Shown: positions 12,792 through 24,935 of the stretch, in pieces
How positions within the stretch are numbered: the stretch's first letter is position 1
Layout: each line of letters opens with the position of its first letter
From: Octopus bimaculoides
Taxonomy: Eukaryota
DNA length: 64,000 bases
NCBI RefSeq assembly: GCF_001194135.2
Contig: NC_068984.1
Coordinates: 106,297,139-106,361,138 of the forward strand
Direction: 5' to 3'
Position numbers and translations under genes: made by a program
The notes under the pieces: model-generated
What the model saw: the letters and a program-made list of their open reading frames with translations, nothing else
Told to the model about the DNA's origin: nothing
Database searches by the model: none

Positions 12792-13210
12792 TACTTGTTT
12801 CAGTCATTTGACTGCGGCCATGCTGGAGCACCACCTTTAGTCGAGCAAATTGATCCCAGGACTTATTCTTTAGAAGCCTAGGACTTATTCTTTAGAAGCC
12901 TAGTACTTATTCTACCGGTCTCTTTTGCCGAACCGCTAAGTTACGGGGATGTAAACACACCAGCATCAGTTGTCAAGCGAAGTTGGGGGGACAAACAGAC
13001 ACACAAACATATACACACACATACACATATATATATATATATATATACGACAGGCTTCTTTCAGTTTCTGTCTACCAAATCCACTCACAAGACTTTGGTC
13101 GGCCCGAGTCTATAGTAGAAGACACTTGCCGAAGGTGCTACGCAGTGGGACTGAACCCAGAACCATCTGGTTGGTAAGCAAGCTACTTACCACACAGCCA
13201 CTCCTGCGCC
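12792..13210 (-). mobile_element. tRNA-derived SINE, family B, with internal (CA)/(TA) microsatellite
   Basis: Minus-strand head GGCGCAGGAGTGGCTGTGTGGTAAG..GGTTCAGTCCC (A/B boxes); near full length. Confidence 0.85.
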
Positions 13211-13540
13211 TATTTTACATTAATTTATGTTCTGAACATCAGCTTAATGACAAAGTTGATTTACTAAATTCTTCATCATTTAAAAAATTAATTTAAAGAA
13301 AGGCAGTATCACAGGATTGTAGTGAAGAAACAGTTAGTTTAGTAACTATTAAGCCATACGGCAGCCACAAATGAACAGACCTATAATAAAAGCAATTTTA
13401 GCCATATCCCTCCCATCTTTTTATGGGTGTCTAAATCTACATTGCTTAGTGTGTTCCCCTTACATAAAGATGATGCATAAAGTGATCCATAAAGTTCTGT
13501 CATTGGCTTCTAATTACACAAGTTGATGCGGCTGGCTGGC

Positions 13541-13800
13541 TAACCCTTTAGCATTTACACTGGCCATATTTAGCCAAAATACTGTTTCTTTTTTATGTTC
13601 AAGTTGGGCAGTTCCAACGTCATACCTATCCTACAATATCATTCAAAAATAAACAATCACATCATTGGATTTCGTTATTTCAATTAATTTTGAAAGTCAT
13701 AAAACACATCATTGAAATCTTAAAGTTATAAGATAATGCCTAATTAATTTTTAAAAAATGTGAATAAATAAGCATTACATTTAACAGAATAACAGGTTAA
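13541..13800. mobile_element. piggyBac-like MITE (second family)
   Basis: TAA-CCCTTTAGCATT ... GG-TTAA termini. Confidence 0.55.
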
Positions 13801-14469
13801 GAAGTTTACTTCACTGTCATGCTTCTCACTGAATGCCATTGTGGGTAAAGGGCATTTACCTTAGCTCCAAGTTCAGCCAATCTGTATCTGTGTAAGTGGG
13901 GAGATGGAAACTGTTTCGAAGCCCATTCGATGGGCTATACCAGTAATTTATTGACCCAGCTATGTCATACTTATAAAACAGTGTTTCTACCCTAAATTTA
14001 CATTAACATTACATATGTCTCTTATGTCAGATCGCTCTCAAACACTATTAGTAACATGTAACCCAGTACAACCTGTTGCATGGTTATGTGATTGGTGACT
14101 AAATTGGTAACCTCTCCAAGCGTGCTTGGTGAGGAGATTTATAGGACATCCTGTGGAATGCAAAACATAATAATTCAATGGAGAGGTCATTCAGTTGGTC
14201 AAACAACTGAATACTCATCATTAAAACTAACAAACAATTACTTTAGACAAAGAAGTAAAAATAGCAGGTATATCTGTTATTTTACTATGCCCTGACATCT
14301 AATCCTTGCCATTTCTTTTCTCTTTCCAGCTGGAGTAGTTATGCATCTCTGCTACTGCAAGATACCCGTTTCAGTCCCTCTATCATACTTTAACCTCACA
14401 TCACCTGAAATTAAAGTACCTCTCTCAATACTACACCTCCACTTAGTTGAGTAATGTCTTGTGAGTTAT

Positions 14470-14672
14470 TTGGTGACCTCACTAGTGCTGGTGCCATGCA
14501 AAAAGCACTCAGCACACTGTAAAGTGGTCAGTGTTAGGAAACACACCCAGCTGTGGAAACCATGCCAAAGCAAACGTTAGAGCTCAACACAGTACACAGT
14601 CCTGCAGCTCATCAGATTCTATGAACTGTCATTTCCATGTAAGCATGGAAGACAGATGTTAAACAATGATGA
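14470..14672 (+). mobile_element. RTE-tail SINE or RTE 3' end
   Basis: ..CCCAGCTGTGGAAACCATGCC..CATGGAAGACAGATGTTAAACAATGATGAT tail. Confidence 0.7.
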
Positions 14673-14861
14673 TTACTCAATAGTATTTAATTACAACCCT
14701 TGGCATTTTGAGTTAACATCTTATTCTAGTTTGTTTTTATCCTTCATTTCACTACAGTCATGTAGTGGATTAGATTGAATTAAATATATCAGCCCCTACA
14801 AATTTGTAGCCTTGTGTTAATCTAGCAGACATGTGAGCAAGTTAGATCACGTGCCTACCTT

Positions 14862-15237
14862 TTACTTGTTTTACTCATTAGAGTATGGCCATGCTGGAGT
14901 ACTGTTTGGAAAAATTTTAGTTGAACTAACTGATCCCAGTACTCATTTTCTTTTTTAAGCCTGGTACTTATGGCATTGACCTCTTTTGCTGAACGAACTG
15001 CTAAATTATGGGGATGTAAACACACTGATACCAATTGTCAAGTGGTGGTGGATGACACACACATATATAATATACAATGGGCTTCTTTCAGTTGAACTTC
15101 TGTCAAATCCACTCACAAGACTTTGGTAGGCCAAGGCTATAGTAGAAGACACTTCCCCAAAGTACCACACAGTAGGACTGAACCCGAAACCATGTGGTTG
15201 GGAAGCAAACTTCTTACCATACAGCCATGCTTGTGCC
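14862..15237 (-). mobile_element. SINE family B copy
   Basis: Collinear with 12792-13210. Confidence 0.8.
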
Positions 15238-15249
15238 TAGCAGCATTTC

Positions 15250-15405
15250 TTTAGGCTTTGCAATCTGGTTTCAAATTCTGCGAAGGTCAACTTTGTCTTT
15301 CATCAAGGTTGACAAATAAATACCAGTTGAACATGGAGGAGTGTCAATGTAATTGCTTTTCCCCCTCCCACCAAATTTCAGGCCTTGAGCCTACTGTAGA
15401 AAACA
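15250..15405 (+). mobile_element. SINE family A copy (partial)
   Basis: TTCAAATTCTGCGAAGGTCAACTTTG..CAGGCCTTG..TAGAAA. Confidence 0.7.
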
Positions 15406-15489
15406 ATTGATATTATTTTCCTGCTGAACAAAGGCTGTGACCTAAAACCCCCTTGCCGCTCATGTCTTCACTGTACGTGTTGATTTGAT

Positions 15490-16010
15490 TTGCAAATCAT
15501 TAATGGCATCAGCCTCAATAGTCTCAGAGAGCCTGCAAGAATTGTGGACTTTGTTCTGCAGGAAAGACATGCAAAGCTGGAATATGAGAGGGATGACATT
15601 CTGGGGAAGAAGGAACAAGTAGTTGAAAGGAGATATGAATGAGTCGAGAATGTATGAGTGGAGTGGAACAAAATCAGCAAGTTCCAAAGAGTACGGGATT
15701 TTAAAAGAGCATCAAAAAAGATAGAAAGAACATGTCTGTTGGTCGGAGGTGGAAGAACAGCTTTATACTAAGCAGTCAAAGGGTCAATGTATGTAGTCCA
15801 AAATGTCTGAGGGTGTAGTAGTAGTAGTAGCAGTAGAAGCACTATACCAAATGCAGTGGTGTGAGGCATTACTCAATTGAAGTTGGGTGCTGAAGTATTT
15901 TCTGAATCCAAAGAAAAAGCCAGTCTCAGCTATGTTAAGGGTATCAGTTTGGAGGACGTCTTCACAGATAACGCCTAGCAATTATAGCAATTCAGAGGAT
16001 TCTAATTGTG
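15490..16010 (-). mobile_element. Decayed CR1/Jockey-type LINE RT C-terminal fragment
   Basis: Minus frames give GFFFGFRKYFSTQL..SHHCIW.. and SLELADFVP.., resembling LGFLFRARKYFT..EYCSHIW..SSELAALVP tails; many frameshifts. Confidence 0.55.
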
Positions 16011-16140
16011 TATAGATTCATGTGGCGATCGAGAGGGTCATGGTGTTTTCTGAGGCCTCTCTTCATGGAATTGGAGCAGACTTAGTGTGAGATGACTAAG
16101 TTTGTTTGTAGATGGTTATTCAATGGTGGGGTTTGCAAAG

Positions 16141-16435
16141 AATGTAGGGTGGCATCGTGTGTAGGGGTGAAGGGTGATATCACCTGTAAGGGTAAAGGGT
16201 GATATTGTTTGCAGGGGGTGAAAGAAAGTATCATCTGTTGGGAGTGAAGGTGACATCTGTAGAGGTGAAGGGTGGTATCATCTGCAAGTATGAAGAGCAG
16301 TCCCATCTGTAGGGGTGACAGGTGGTATCATCTGCAGAAGTAAAGGGTGGTAATATCAGCAGAGGTGAAAGATGGCATCATTTACAGGGGTAAAGGGTAG
16401 TATCATCTGCAGTGGTAGAAGGTGAAATCATCTGA
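16141..16435. repeat. Degenerate ~25-bp minisatellite (about 11-12 units)
   Basis: Consensus approximately GTGAAGGGTGGTATCATCTGCAGAG. Confidence 0.85.
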
Positions 16436-17999
16436 CAACAGAAAAAGATACTTGAATAAGAAGCTGCAGAGTGGAACTGAACCAAGAAACACTTGGGGAT
16501 TAAAGTAAACTTTTAACGACACAGTTATGCCTATGTCTTTGTCTATTGCTGCATAATATTTGAACATCAGCAATAAGTTTTGAGGAAGGTTCGAGATGAA
16601 GTAAGAACAGCCATTGGTTATGAAATCTTAAGTTGTACGACAGGGGTCCTCTTTTGCTTTTTAGATAATGCTTTATCGTTTGAGGGAGTATATGCTACTA
16701 TGCTGGTGGTTTCATAGCTCGGGTGTTTGCTTGATGAGTGGACAATGTTTATGGTAGTCATCTTTATAAAAATTGAGAGAAAATGAGTTGAGAAACTGAA
16801 TCCCATTGTCTAGATGGGACTCTGAAAACATTTTTATCAATTACTTTTACACAGACTAACTTTCCCTATAGAATTTCTCTCTATCTCTTTGCATGGAATT
16901 TTCGAATGCGCAGTGTGTATAATACGGCTTACTACAGAAGAGACACGTGGAAAGGTTACAATATATAAATTTAAAATATAAAATAAACAAAAACAATGAT
17001 TCTGTTTATCTTTCGAGTAAAGTAATGGTACATAAATTTCCCTGGAAGAGTTTAGTGAAACCAGATATTGTTGGACATTATAGTATAATTTGAAATAATA
17101 CTATGCTAATAAGATGTCTTTATTTGGAGTTATCGAATAGACTACCTCAGAATAATTTTCTTTCGGTTCCAACTGAATAAATATTATATCAAGTGAGGTC
17201 GATAAAAATAAGATATTGAAGACTTTTACGTTGTTCCAGCGCCACTTCAGTATAAATAAATTCCGATTTCCAGTTAATTATTATGAAGATTTGTTGATTT
17301 TGTCGATTTTTATGTCTGTGAAGTAGGAACACTTGTAACTTGTATAAATGTGTTAGCGGTGCTGTAAATAAATGTTTGTCAACCTAATTGAAGTCCGGGT
17401 ATCAATTTCTAACTAGAATACCTATCATACAATGTGTGAATTAAGAATAGTTAGAAATGTAAGACTAAGAAAATATACACAAAATAATGTTTTTCAAGGG
17501 AGCCTGTTCATGTTTAGTCAGTTTTAGGAGCAAGTGTTTGGTTAGTCAGTAACATATATAGTTTGAAATAAAAAGTTGATACGGTTTCAGAAAAAAGACA
17601 AAAAGATACAATTGTAATAAGAATTTTTAAAAAATTGGGATAATATACCTGCATTGTGGACAAATCTGCGGAAGTAAACAAAACCAAGTTAAACCGAATG
17701 CAGCAGAGGAAATCAGCTGTACGAATTAAAACACTTGTTTGTATCACAGACACATGGCCGGTCGGTGTTATAGAAAATTAGTTCCGTATAAATATTATAC
17801 CATAACATCTGTCGTAAAATATTTTATATTATGTTTTATCTACATACAGAAAGGAAGAATAAAGTCTTATTAAATCGATCAGTATATTACTGTTACTTCC
17901 TTTGATTTGCCAGGAGAAGTGAAACGTAATGTTGGTCTCAGTATGCAACGAGAGAAAAGTAATACGACATAGTTTCTGTACTACTGGAGAATATCTTTT

Positions 18000-18194
18000 G
18001 CACTTGTTTCAGTCATTGGACAACCATTCTGGGGCACCACTGTAATGTGTTTTAGTCGAACAAATTGAACCCAAGTACTTACTGATTTTTTTTTTTTTTT
18101 AACCTAGTACTTATTCTATCGGCGCATTCTGTAGAACGGCTAAGTTACGGAGACATAAACAAATCAGCACCGGTTGTCAAGTGGTAGTGGTGAC

Positions 18195-18233
<39 letters not shown>

Positions 18234-18278
18234 GCGGGCTTTTAGTTTCCATCAATCAATTCCACTCACAAAGCTTTG
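18000..18278 (-). mobile_element. SINE family B copy (head missing)
   Basis: ACTTGTTTCAGTCATTGG..GCTAAGTTACGG..CCACTCACAAAGCTTTG. Confidence 0.75.
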
Positions 18279-18387
18279 AACAAAAATAATGAAAGTAATG
18301 TGTTAGAAATAATAATTTTGTTTACTTCTATGTTTCAGTATTGATATTCTACTCCTTTGGTTTCTATAATTACAGTAATGCTAATTA

Positions 18388-18600
18388 TCCTTTCTACTAA
18401 AGGCACAAGGCCTGAAATTTTGGGGATAGGGGTTGATTGATTACATCGACGTCAGTACTCAACTGGTACTTATTTTATCGACCCCGAAAGGATAAACGGC
18501 ATAGTCGACCTCGATGGAATTTGAACCCGCAACGGGCAGACAGACGAAATACCGCTAAGCATTTTGCCTGGCATGCTAACAATTATGCCAACTCGCCGCC
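18388..18600 (-). mobile_element. SINE family A, full length
   Basis: Minus head GGCGGCGAGTTGGCATAATTGTTAGC..GGGTTCAAATTCC. Confidence 0.85.
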
Positions 18601-18676
18601 TTGTGGATGTGTAATAAAAAGCTTGCTTCTCAGCCAAATGGTTCTGGGTTCAGGCCCATTAGGTGACACCTTTTCA

Positions 18677-18955
18677 GCCAGCAAAACCATATCGGGCTGA
18701 TATCAAACCGATGTTGTTATCTATATCGGCTCTACATCGGAAATTGTGTCAGTTTGATTTTGGCCCAATCTCATTTTGCAACACAGTGCAACATCGGGTC
18801 GACATTTTCCCAGATGTTGGGCTGGTGTGAGATTTTGGTCTTTTACATTGGGTTATGTCATATTCACATCAAAGTAACATTGGTCCGATATGAAAATGAG
18901 GTTGGGCTGATGCATGGTTTTTCAATTTGAGAAGTTTCAATATCGGCTGAAGCTG
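18677..18955. mobile_element. Putative CMC/EnSpm (CACTA-like) transposon terminus with subterminal repeats
   Basis: Starts (G)CCAGCAAAAC, followed by ~7-8 degenerate copies of a palindromic ATATCGGNCCGATAT-like motif (18688, 18722, 18790, 18809, 18845, 18876, 18901, 18939). No partner end found. Confidence 0.5.
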
Positions 18956-19912
18956 ATTTTGCCAAATGCCTGATCTGGCTCCAAAATACATTCAAGGATA
19001 GACTAATTAATGTATGATTACACATTTTTACGGGTTCGACATTGGTCATACTTTATGTTCTTCATAGCATTACACCTGATCCTCGGCACAAATTTCTCTG
19101 ATTCCAGCCTCACCCACCCAGCATTTGAAAATGAAAATGTAAAATTGTTTCAATCTACAGCCAATGAGGACAGAAACAATATTAAATTTTTGAAGATGTA
19201 AATGTATGAGCATCAGTTTACATGGTATGTGTATGGGAATATCTGAAAAATCATGTAGAAATTGCCAGAAAAAAAAAAAATGAACAACTCATTTTTCTTT
19301 GCAAGCATCATTTATTTTATAAACTATAACTTTGAAAAATGGCTATTTACAACACAACAAAAGTAAATCACAACATATAAAAGTTAATAAAAATGAAGAC
19401 AAAATATACTGGCCAATATACACTGTAAAACTAAGATATTTATTTCATTGGTGTTAAGGTCACTTATACAGCTGTGGCTATTTGTGACAAAGTCCAGCAA
19501 TCATTCATATCTGCACATAAAGACCAGTAAATAAAGAGTAACGGTATTCATTTTAGGGTTCGATTTTATGACTTGAAATTTGGGAGATTTGTTAAAAAAA
19601 GATATATTTAGAATGTGCAGAAATAAGAAAAAACACATTAAATGCGAGAGATATCATCAACAAAATTGTATTTGAAACCACAGATAGGAATATTACTTAC
19701 TAACCTTGTGAATGAGTAATTTAAATGGAAGACAAAACCATGTATGCAAAGCTATTCAGCATATTGTTACCAGTGCGTTGCTAAAATGGATTACCTTAAA
19801 AAATTGAGGTAACCCGTAAATGGATTATCTTAATTTTCAGTTTGTGCAGACCTGAGATCTGTGACAGATTCATTGTTAAGAGCCGACTTGTCGAAATTCT
19901 TTTTCTTCTCCT

Positions 19913-20010
19913 TCAGCCACCATTTCTGTCACTGGCAGTCCGAAGCCATTCTCGAGTCACCAACTCAACCCTTGCTTCAGTTGCATTTTTCATAGTCTTG
20001 CGAACAGCCC
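19913..20010 (-). pseudogene. Terminal exon of DUF4806-like gene
   Basis: Acceptor ..AATTTCAG at 20011-20018; reads (G)AVRKTMKNATEARVELVTREWLRTASDRNGG*RRRKR. W-L-R-x-A-x-D-R-x-G-G-R is the C-terminal pattern I recall for DUF4806-type proteins. Confidence 0.6.
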
Positions 20011-21249
20011 CTGAAATTAATTAATTATGTTACTTAAAAGTAGTTCTCAATGTGAGAATAACAAATGCACTCACATCCATTTACTTATGTTTTATTCACA
20101 AAGGGAAAAATCCACTAGCATAAATTGCATGGATTTGACTAACTCTACAGTTGAAAACAGATACAAACTGAAAGCTTCACATTCATAGAAATTCACTACT
20201 GTTTTAGGTCAGAACCTACCAAAGCTAGTACAACCCCACCACACCCAGTCTGGCTAAAACAGTACTCAAAGTGAATACTAATATCATCATATACCCCCAA
20301 CGCAGGGTCATTTTCAGTCTAATGACTGCAAATCAAAATTAAAAAATGCAGTCATTTTCAATACACTATGAGCAAAGATAAAATATATACTCAAATGTAA
20401 AGCAAAGTGTTAAACATCAAAAGCAATTAACAGGATTCCTGCAGGTTTTAAAAAAGAAAATTCAAGGTATTTTCAAGCTAGATTGAAGGACCATTACGAC
20501 CACTCCACAAAAAATTCAAGGGTTTCCAAGGACAACCTTTTGATAAAACAAAACTATTCACACTACTTATTTTCCATGCCAGTGTTGGCCGCCTGTACAG
20601 GCAACCAACCTGACATGGAAACATTGCAAATATGAATTCAGACTACTGGTTTAAGTAGAACATTTTTCTTTTTGTTTTAATGACAGAATTATAAATTTGG
20701 GTTGGCAAATATAAGAGCCCCGAAATTATATATGGCGCACAACGTCAATTTTAGCATCTAGGCTATTTTCTGACAAACAGCGACAACATACAAATAGGAT
20801 CAAGTTTTGCAAATTGTTTATGTATATGATGCCCACTTGCCAAATTGTTTATGCATATGATGTCCAACTGCTATTGGTTGACTTACCTTATTTTACCAGT
20901 AAAACAGAACTAGCAAACCACAGTATACAAGCACCATGTTACTTTCTGAGGTTCCTGCTGGGACCTTAATCAAATAATCTTTTCAACTGAATATCAGGTT
21001 GATGCGCTTAAATATTTTTAATTATTATACTTTCAGAACAAACTGAATCTGCAGTTATGAGTACCAAGATGAGCACATAATGATGGGTGTGAGTTTCTTT
21101 GGTGTGTGTGTGGGATATGGAAACACACACATGTGAAGAATGAAGGAAGCAATAATTACATGTAAGTAGACAGATCAGTTAGAGAAGGGCAGAGAGGTTA
21201 TTAATGAACCAGCAGGTAAAACCATGAAAATGTAAAATGTACAACTTAC

Positions 21250-21468
21250 CCTGTTGTTTTGAACTGCACCATCACTTAATTCAGCTTCCAAAGCCTCAAC
21301 ATCGTCTTGACTCTGACAGGGGAAATGAATTGTGTTGGGGAGATTTCTTGTCTCCGAAATGGAGGATGAGGATGGAATATTTTGAATTAACTGCAGTATA
21401 GACTGCAGTATTTCCCTTTGCTGGGACTATTCCTCTTGAATTTTTTCAATTGCAGTGAATAGCTGATC
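21250..21468 (-). pseudogene. Internal exon of DUF4806-like gene (219 nt, one in-frame TAG)
   Basis: Polypyrimidine acceptor ..CTATTTCAATTCAG and GTAAGT donor; DQLFTAIEKIQEE*SQQREILQSILQLIQ..LPNTIHFPCQSQDDVEALEAELSD.. Confidence 0.65.
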
Positions 21469-22238
21469 CTGAATTGAAATAGAAGATAGAAAAAAAAAGG
21501 TAGAGTAGAGTTACGAAATACTTGCTGAGTATACCTCATGACACTAGTAGTTTACAGGTATATTGAAAATAATACGCAATCAATAATAATCTCATTTCAC
21601 ATTTGCTTTCTGGAATCAGAGAGATCGATGAACCAACAATCAACTATCTGTGGCCTTATATAAGGTCTAGTATAACACTAATATTTATTTACCTTTTCTA
21701 GTTTGCCATGATTAGGGGTAGAAATGGGAATTATGATACCTATTTAACAGGGAAGTGGCACCGTGTTTCAGTGCCCCGAGGGCCTCTAGAATGGTAAAAG
21801 ACACCAAAGTTAATATTACAGTATTATATTCCTCATGCTAATACAAGCAAAGATTTTGTACCTCTTCATCCAAAAGAGAAAATGTCCAACATAGAGACGC
21901 TATGGCTATCTGAGGCTAAAACTTATGATATCCTCACACAAATATCAACAGATCAGTTAGGATGAATTATACGATTTATTGTTTTTAAGTAATCCTTTTG
22001 AAACAAGATAGGTTGAATTGATAAAATTCTTGAAAGTGTCTTTTGTCTTGTGACTCTACCCTCATTTACCTGCCAGTTATTTCTTAAGCGCTGTAATTAT
22101 GTATCAGGGTGAAAGCATACACTTCAAACATAGCACTCCATGGAATGATCCCAAAATGTTTTATTTTCTGTTTACAAATAAATTTGAAACCACTTTCCAC
22201 ATACCCTAAAGTATACCGATGGGATAATATCGACTTAC

Positions 22239-22471
22239 CATGCAACAACTGTTCAGATTTTTCCCCCGACAAGTTGAGAGGAACTACATATGCACTTCTT
22301 TCTTTTGGCATATTGTGAATGTCAGTTGGCTGCAGATATCTACTTGGCTCTGGAGAAGAAAAGTGAGGTTGAGATGCTTTCTCTTTTGGAAACTGAATGA
22401 CAGGAGGTGGCTTTTGAAGCATCAGTCTTTGACACTCAGAATCATCCTCATTATCTGAGAAAACTGGTGCC
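22239..22471 (-). pseudogene. Upstream exon of the same gene (open frame, low-complexity linker)
   Basis: Acceptor ..TTTTTCATTTCATAG and GTAAGT donor; APVFSDNEDDSECQRLMLQKPPPVIQFPKE..SEQLLH (overlaps ORF 22084..22422). Confidence 0.5.
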
Positions 22472-23235
22472 CTATGAAATGAAAAATAAACAGGGAATTA
22501 CATGTTTTTCCCTTCACACAGTGAATAACATGGGTATTTGTTTGTCAATACATAACCTAAGAACACATTGGAACTCATACAAATCTTTATAAGCCTCAAC
22601 CTTTCATACTGCTGTTTTATTTTTGTATCCAAAGACAATGAAGTTAGAACTCCAATAGTGTTTCTGAATTTGAATATAGTTTGGGAGTAAATATTAACTA
22701 ATAATTCTGATTTATGTCAACAGATAAAATGTGAATGTACTGTAGACAGCATTTACTGATGAATACAACAGAAATTAGGAACTGTACCAAGAACCTATTT
22801 GTTTTGCTGTGGCTGTATCTGATGAAGGAGATGATAAGTGATTGTTGACCGGTGATACACAGTTATAGCAGAAGACCCGACTCTTCCTATTGACACAATT
22901 CAGCTGTCATCCTCCACTCACATATTTGTCTAAGACAGTGCAGTGGAATTATTATGGGTGTAGGAAAGAAAAGTTGTGCATGAAGGATCTGTAACAAGGA
23001 AGGTTGTTTTATATGTTGGAACATAATCTATATATTACATCAACAGGAAAGGAGTTCATGCTATACAATTAATGGAAACTTTCAGATGAAACAGCGTAAT
23101 ATGATATGTACTGAAAGTCTATGTTAGAAATTCAACATTTGGGCTATTTTTTTTACATATCAAGTACGTATTCAGGTGCTGTAGTGTGTCTTCTTCTTCG
23201 ATCATTCCAGGTTGAATATGTAGCATCTAACACCT

Positions 23236-23612
23236 CTCTGCACAGATCATAATCCCCTTATTAGTTCTTTTCATTATTCTATCTATTTCATTACCTATGT
23301 AAACATAGTTTAAACATAGTTTCGTCTTCCACGCTGTTATGTTTTAAAAACAAACGTAAGTTCCTTTCACGCGCATTTACTATCGTCACTTATTCATTTA
23401 TTCAATTTTGTCAGATCGTCACTTATTTATTTCTCTAATTTTGTCACAGATTGGCTGACTGAAAATTCCAAGATCTTTCAATTCTATTTCACTGTTATCA
23501 GCATTTGCTGTTTCATTAAATTACGTTACCCAAAATCCAAAAAGAATATCTTTCTCCCTCGTGTTCTATCCTTGACCAGCCTAACCCTGGTCTCTCCCTC
23601 TCTCTCTCTCTG
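23236..23612. repeat. Third copy of the 535-bp repeat family
   Basis: Matches ~2391-2720; runs into an N gap. Confidence 0.85.
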
Positions 23613-24290
23613 NNNNNNNNNNNNNNNNNNNNNNNNNNNNNNNNNNNNNNNNNNNNNNNNNNNNNNNNNNNNNNNNNNNNNNNNNNNNNNNNNNNNNNNN
23701 NNNNNNNNNNNNNNNNNNNNNNNNNNNNNNNNNNNNNNNNNNNNNNNNNNNNNNNNNNNNNNNNNNNNNNNNNNNNNNNNNNNNNNNNNNNNNNNNNNNN
23801 NNNNNNNNNNNNNNNNNNNNNNNNNNNNTTCTTGCTAAGTTCCGAATGCTTGAAGTGAATGGTACTTGTGAAAAACGAAGACCACAGAAAACATATGGCG
23901 AAAGTGGTATTGGTGATAGGGCCACCATCATTGGGTAACACTATCCTGTACAAATCAATTCTCTTCAATAAAAACGAACACGCTGGATAAATGGAATAAC
24001 AGCGTGTAGTGAAACCACCTCTCTCCGTTATTTACAAATGCGAACGTAGCAGGTAACAGCTCTTTCCCTTGGACCCGGCGGTTGTCCATCACCTGACTGA
24101 CTCTTATTTGCGCGGCAATTGTTTCCAGTCCTGTTCGCACCAGGGTGCAAACCGACCAATCGTGGCCATCTAATAAGGTCACGTGAGATAGTGTTTTTCT
24201 GATCTCTCTGGAGCCTCCTTGTACCTATAAACAACCTGCTTTAACCCGCGCCAGTTTGTTGCGGTTTCAGATCTCTCACAGGTCTGGTCG

Positions 24291-24935
24291 TTGACCACAC
24301 ACATGCAGAACCCAGCTACAGCCAGTTCTAGCGCCGACGTCTTCACCACCAATGTACTGTCTACCACAATGTCGTGCGCCAGCAACCCCACCACCAGGGA
24401 CACACCAATATCAACAAACCAGGTTTTATCGACGCTGTTGAGTGGAGTATCCACTCACGAACAACAGTCAGAACTAACCAGAGAGAATATTCCGTACCAG
24501 GTAACACAGGTCAGCATTCGACGCTCTACACACACACAGTGTGATACTACAGCTCTGCTCCTTGACCACAACTTCCTGCGTATGAACATTCTATCTCCTT
24601 GTGTAACTTTAATACGATCTGGTTTTCTCTATTTCAGTGTTTTAAGACGTTACACAGTCTATGTTACAGACACTTTTACTATGTTCTGTGTTTCTCTCGC
24701 ACACACACTTGTACACTCACATATTGTACACACACTATTGCTTATAATACTGTCCGTCACTTCACATTGTTGTATACCTTCTCTTGTATTAAAAGGCCTG
24801 ATTTATCTACTGTGTTAATTTTATATGTCGCATGCATGCACACACAGACACAAACAGTTTCACTTTGTTAATAAATTTATTCTCATTATATATCTAACGG
24901 TTGAGTTGTCCTAAGTTCTTATTACTGGCACTATG
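24291..24935 (+). mobile_element. Possible LTR-retrotransposon 3' remnant (pol tail plus LTR-like segment)
   Basis: Ser/Thr-rich spacer ending QVSIRRST (reminiscent of Gypsy integrase tails), then a non-coding segment starting TGTGTAAC (~24599) with AATAAA at ~24870. No PPT or second LTR seen. Confidence 0.3.

Noticed and set aside
11880-14460. Possible exons at ~11930-12080 and after the strong acceptor at 14330
   Set aside because: No frame is open between plausible splice sites with a recognisable peptide.
10671-16435. CRISPR-like appearance of the 72-bp and 25-bp repeats
   Set aside because: Units are contiguous with no unique spacers, there are no cas genes, and the context is eukaryotic.
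20433-20545. CAGGATTCC start with repeated AAATTCAAGG, resembling a DNA-transposon end
   Set aside because: Single degraded end with no partner TIR or TSD; cannot be classified.
23829-24290. GC-richer segment with ORFs 23955..24182 and 24028..24234
   Set aside because: No domain recognised in any frame; probably part of a decayed retroelement, but unsupported.
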